Positions 56,804-57,467 of a DNA stretch of 57,467 bases are shown here, piece by piece. Positions within the stretch are counted from its first letter, which is position 1. Every line of letters begins with the position of its first letter. The notes beneath the pieces were generated by a model that was not told the origin of the DNA, ran no database searches, and was given only the letters and a program-made list of their open reading frames with translations. The DNA comes from Gemmatimonadales bacterium (GTDB lineage: Bacteria > Gemmatimonadota > Gemmatimonadetes > Gemmatimonadales > GWC2-71-9): contig JACDBX010000045.1 in assembly GCA_013694695.1 (NCBI GenBank), positions 1-57,467 of the forward strand. The letters are read 5' to 3'. Made by a program: the position numbers and the translations under genes.

Positions 56804-57467
56804 ATGTCGATCGATCCGTCCCACTACCGTGTCCCCGGCGGCAAGCCCATCGACCTTGATGACTGGGACACCCGGGCGGACGTGATCGAGGCTGACGGCG
56901 ACGGCTACAAGAAGCAGCTCCGGAGCCGTACCGACGAACTTCACTCCATGCAGGAATCGCTCTACGCCGACAACCGGCATGCCCTGCTGCTGATCTTCCA
57001 GGCGATGGATGCGGCGGGCAAGGACGGCGCGATCGAGCACGTCATGTCGGGCGTCAATCCGCAGGGCTGTCAGGTCTACTCGTTCAAGCGCCCGAGCGAG
57101 GAGGAGCTTGATCACGACTTCCTCTGGCGCACCACCCGGGCGCTGCCCGAGCGAGGCCGGATCGGGATCTTCAACCGGTCGTACTACGAGGAGGTGCTCG
57201 TGGTGCGCGTACACCCCGGGATCCTGCAGGGCCAGCGGTTGCCTGTCGACCTCGCCGCCGCCGACGACATCTGGGACGGGCGGTTCACCTCGATCCGCGA
57301 CTTCGAGGCGCACCTCGCCCGGAATGGCACGACCGTGGTCAAGTTCTTCCTGCACCTGTCGAAGGAGGAGCAGCGCAAGCGATTCCTCGCCCGTATTGAC
57401 GAACCGGAAAAGAACTGGAAGTTCGCGCTCGCCGATGTGGAGGAGCGGGCACACTGGGATGCCTACC
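56804..57467 (+). CDS. ppk2: polyphosphate kinase 2 family protein (class III-like), 3' truncated by the window edge
   Basis: Own translation: [10 protein letters not shown]...[25 protein letters not shown]...DHDFLWR...[16 protein letters not shown]; absent from the ORF track because there is no stop. Confidence 0.93.
   Translation, partial: MSIDPSHYRVPGGKPIDLDDWDTRADVIEADGDGYKKQLRSRTDELHSMQESLYADNRHALLLIFQAMDAAGKDGAIEHVMSGVNPQGCQVYSFKRPSEEELDHDFLWRTTRALPERGRIGIFNRSYYEEVLVVRVHPGILQGQRLPVDLAAADDIWDGRFTSIRDFEAHLARNGTTVVKFFLHLSKEEQRKRFLARIDEPEKNWKFALADVEERAHWDAY

Noticed and set aside
56732-57454. 240-aa minus-strand ORF
   Set aside because: Antisense shadow of the edge-truncated ppk2 gene

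Overview
GC-rich, gene-dense bacterial chromosome segment of housekeeping character. By inference from gene content (ThyX, futalosine-pathway MqnD, choice-of-anchor B protein, class III PPK2, many outer-membrane and lipoprotein genes) it resembles Gemmatimonadota; this was not verified. It holds about 63 CDS (the last, ppk2, runs off the right edge) and one tRNA-Cys(GCA). I see no CRISPR array, integrase or transposase. Main blocks: (i) a 14.6 kb minus-strand run from a histone-H1-like gene through RNase H, thiolase/3-hydroxyacyl-CoA dehydrogenase, squalene synthase, thyX, a Bfd-like ferredoxin and a GAF histidine kinase, ending in a His/Cys-bearing leader ORF with a C-terminal RAPP arrest motif directly upstream of a TonB-dependent receptor; (ii) a copC-sco-ctaG copper-delivery cluster; (iii) an operon of three secreted beta-propeller proteins; (iv) signalling genes (HD-GYP regulator, MCP, NarL-type two-component pair); (v) a peptidase-bcp-TolB-like-lepB operon headed by an in-frame RND-permease/MFP chimera. 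Best leads: the RAPP leader-TBDR module, a structured sRNA candidate with its own promoter and terminator beside an AT-rich IHF/DnaA-box-like patch, an RNase HI with a rearranged acidic active site, the RND chimera, non-canonical CTG and ATT starts, and recurrent leaderless TANNNT-N5-7-ATG starts. Many start codons were adjusted by hand from the ORF track. All product calls come from motif recognition, with no database search.
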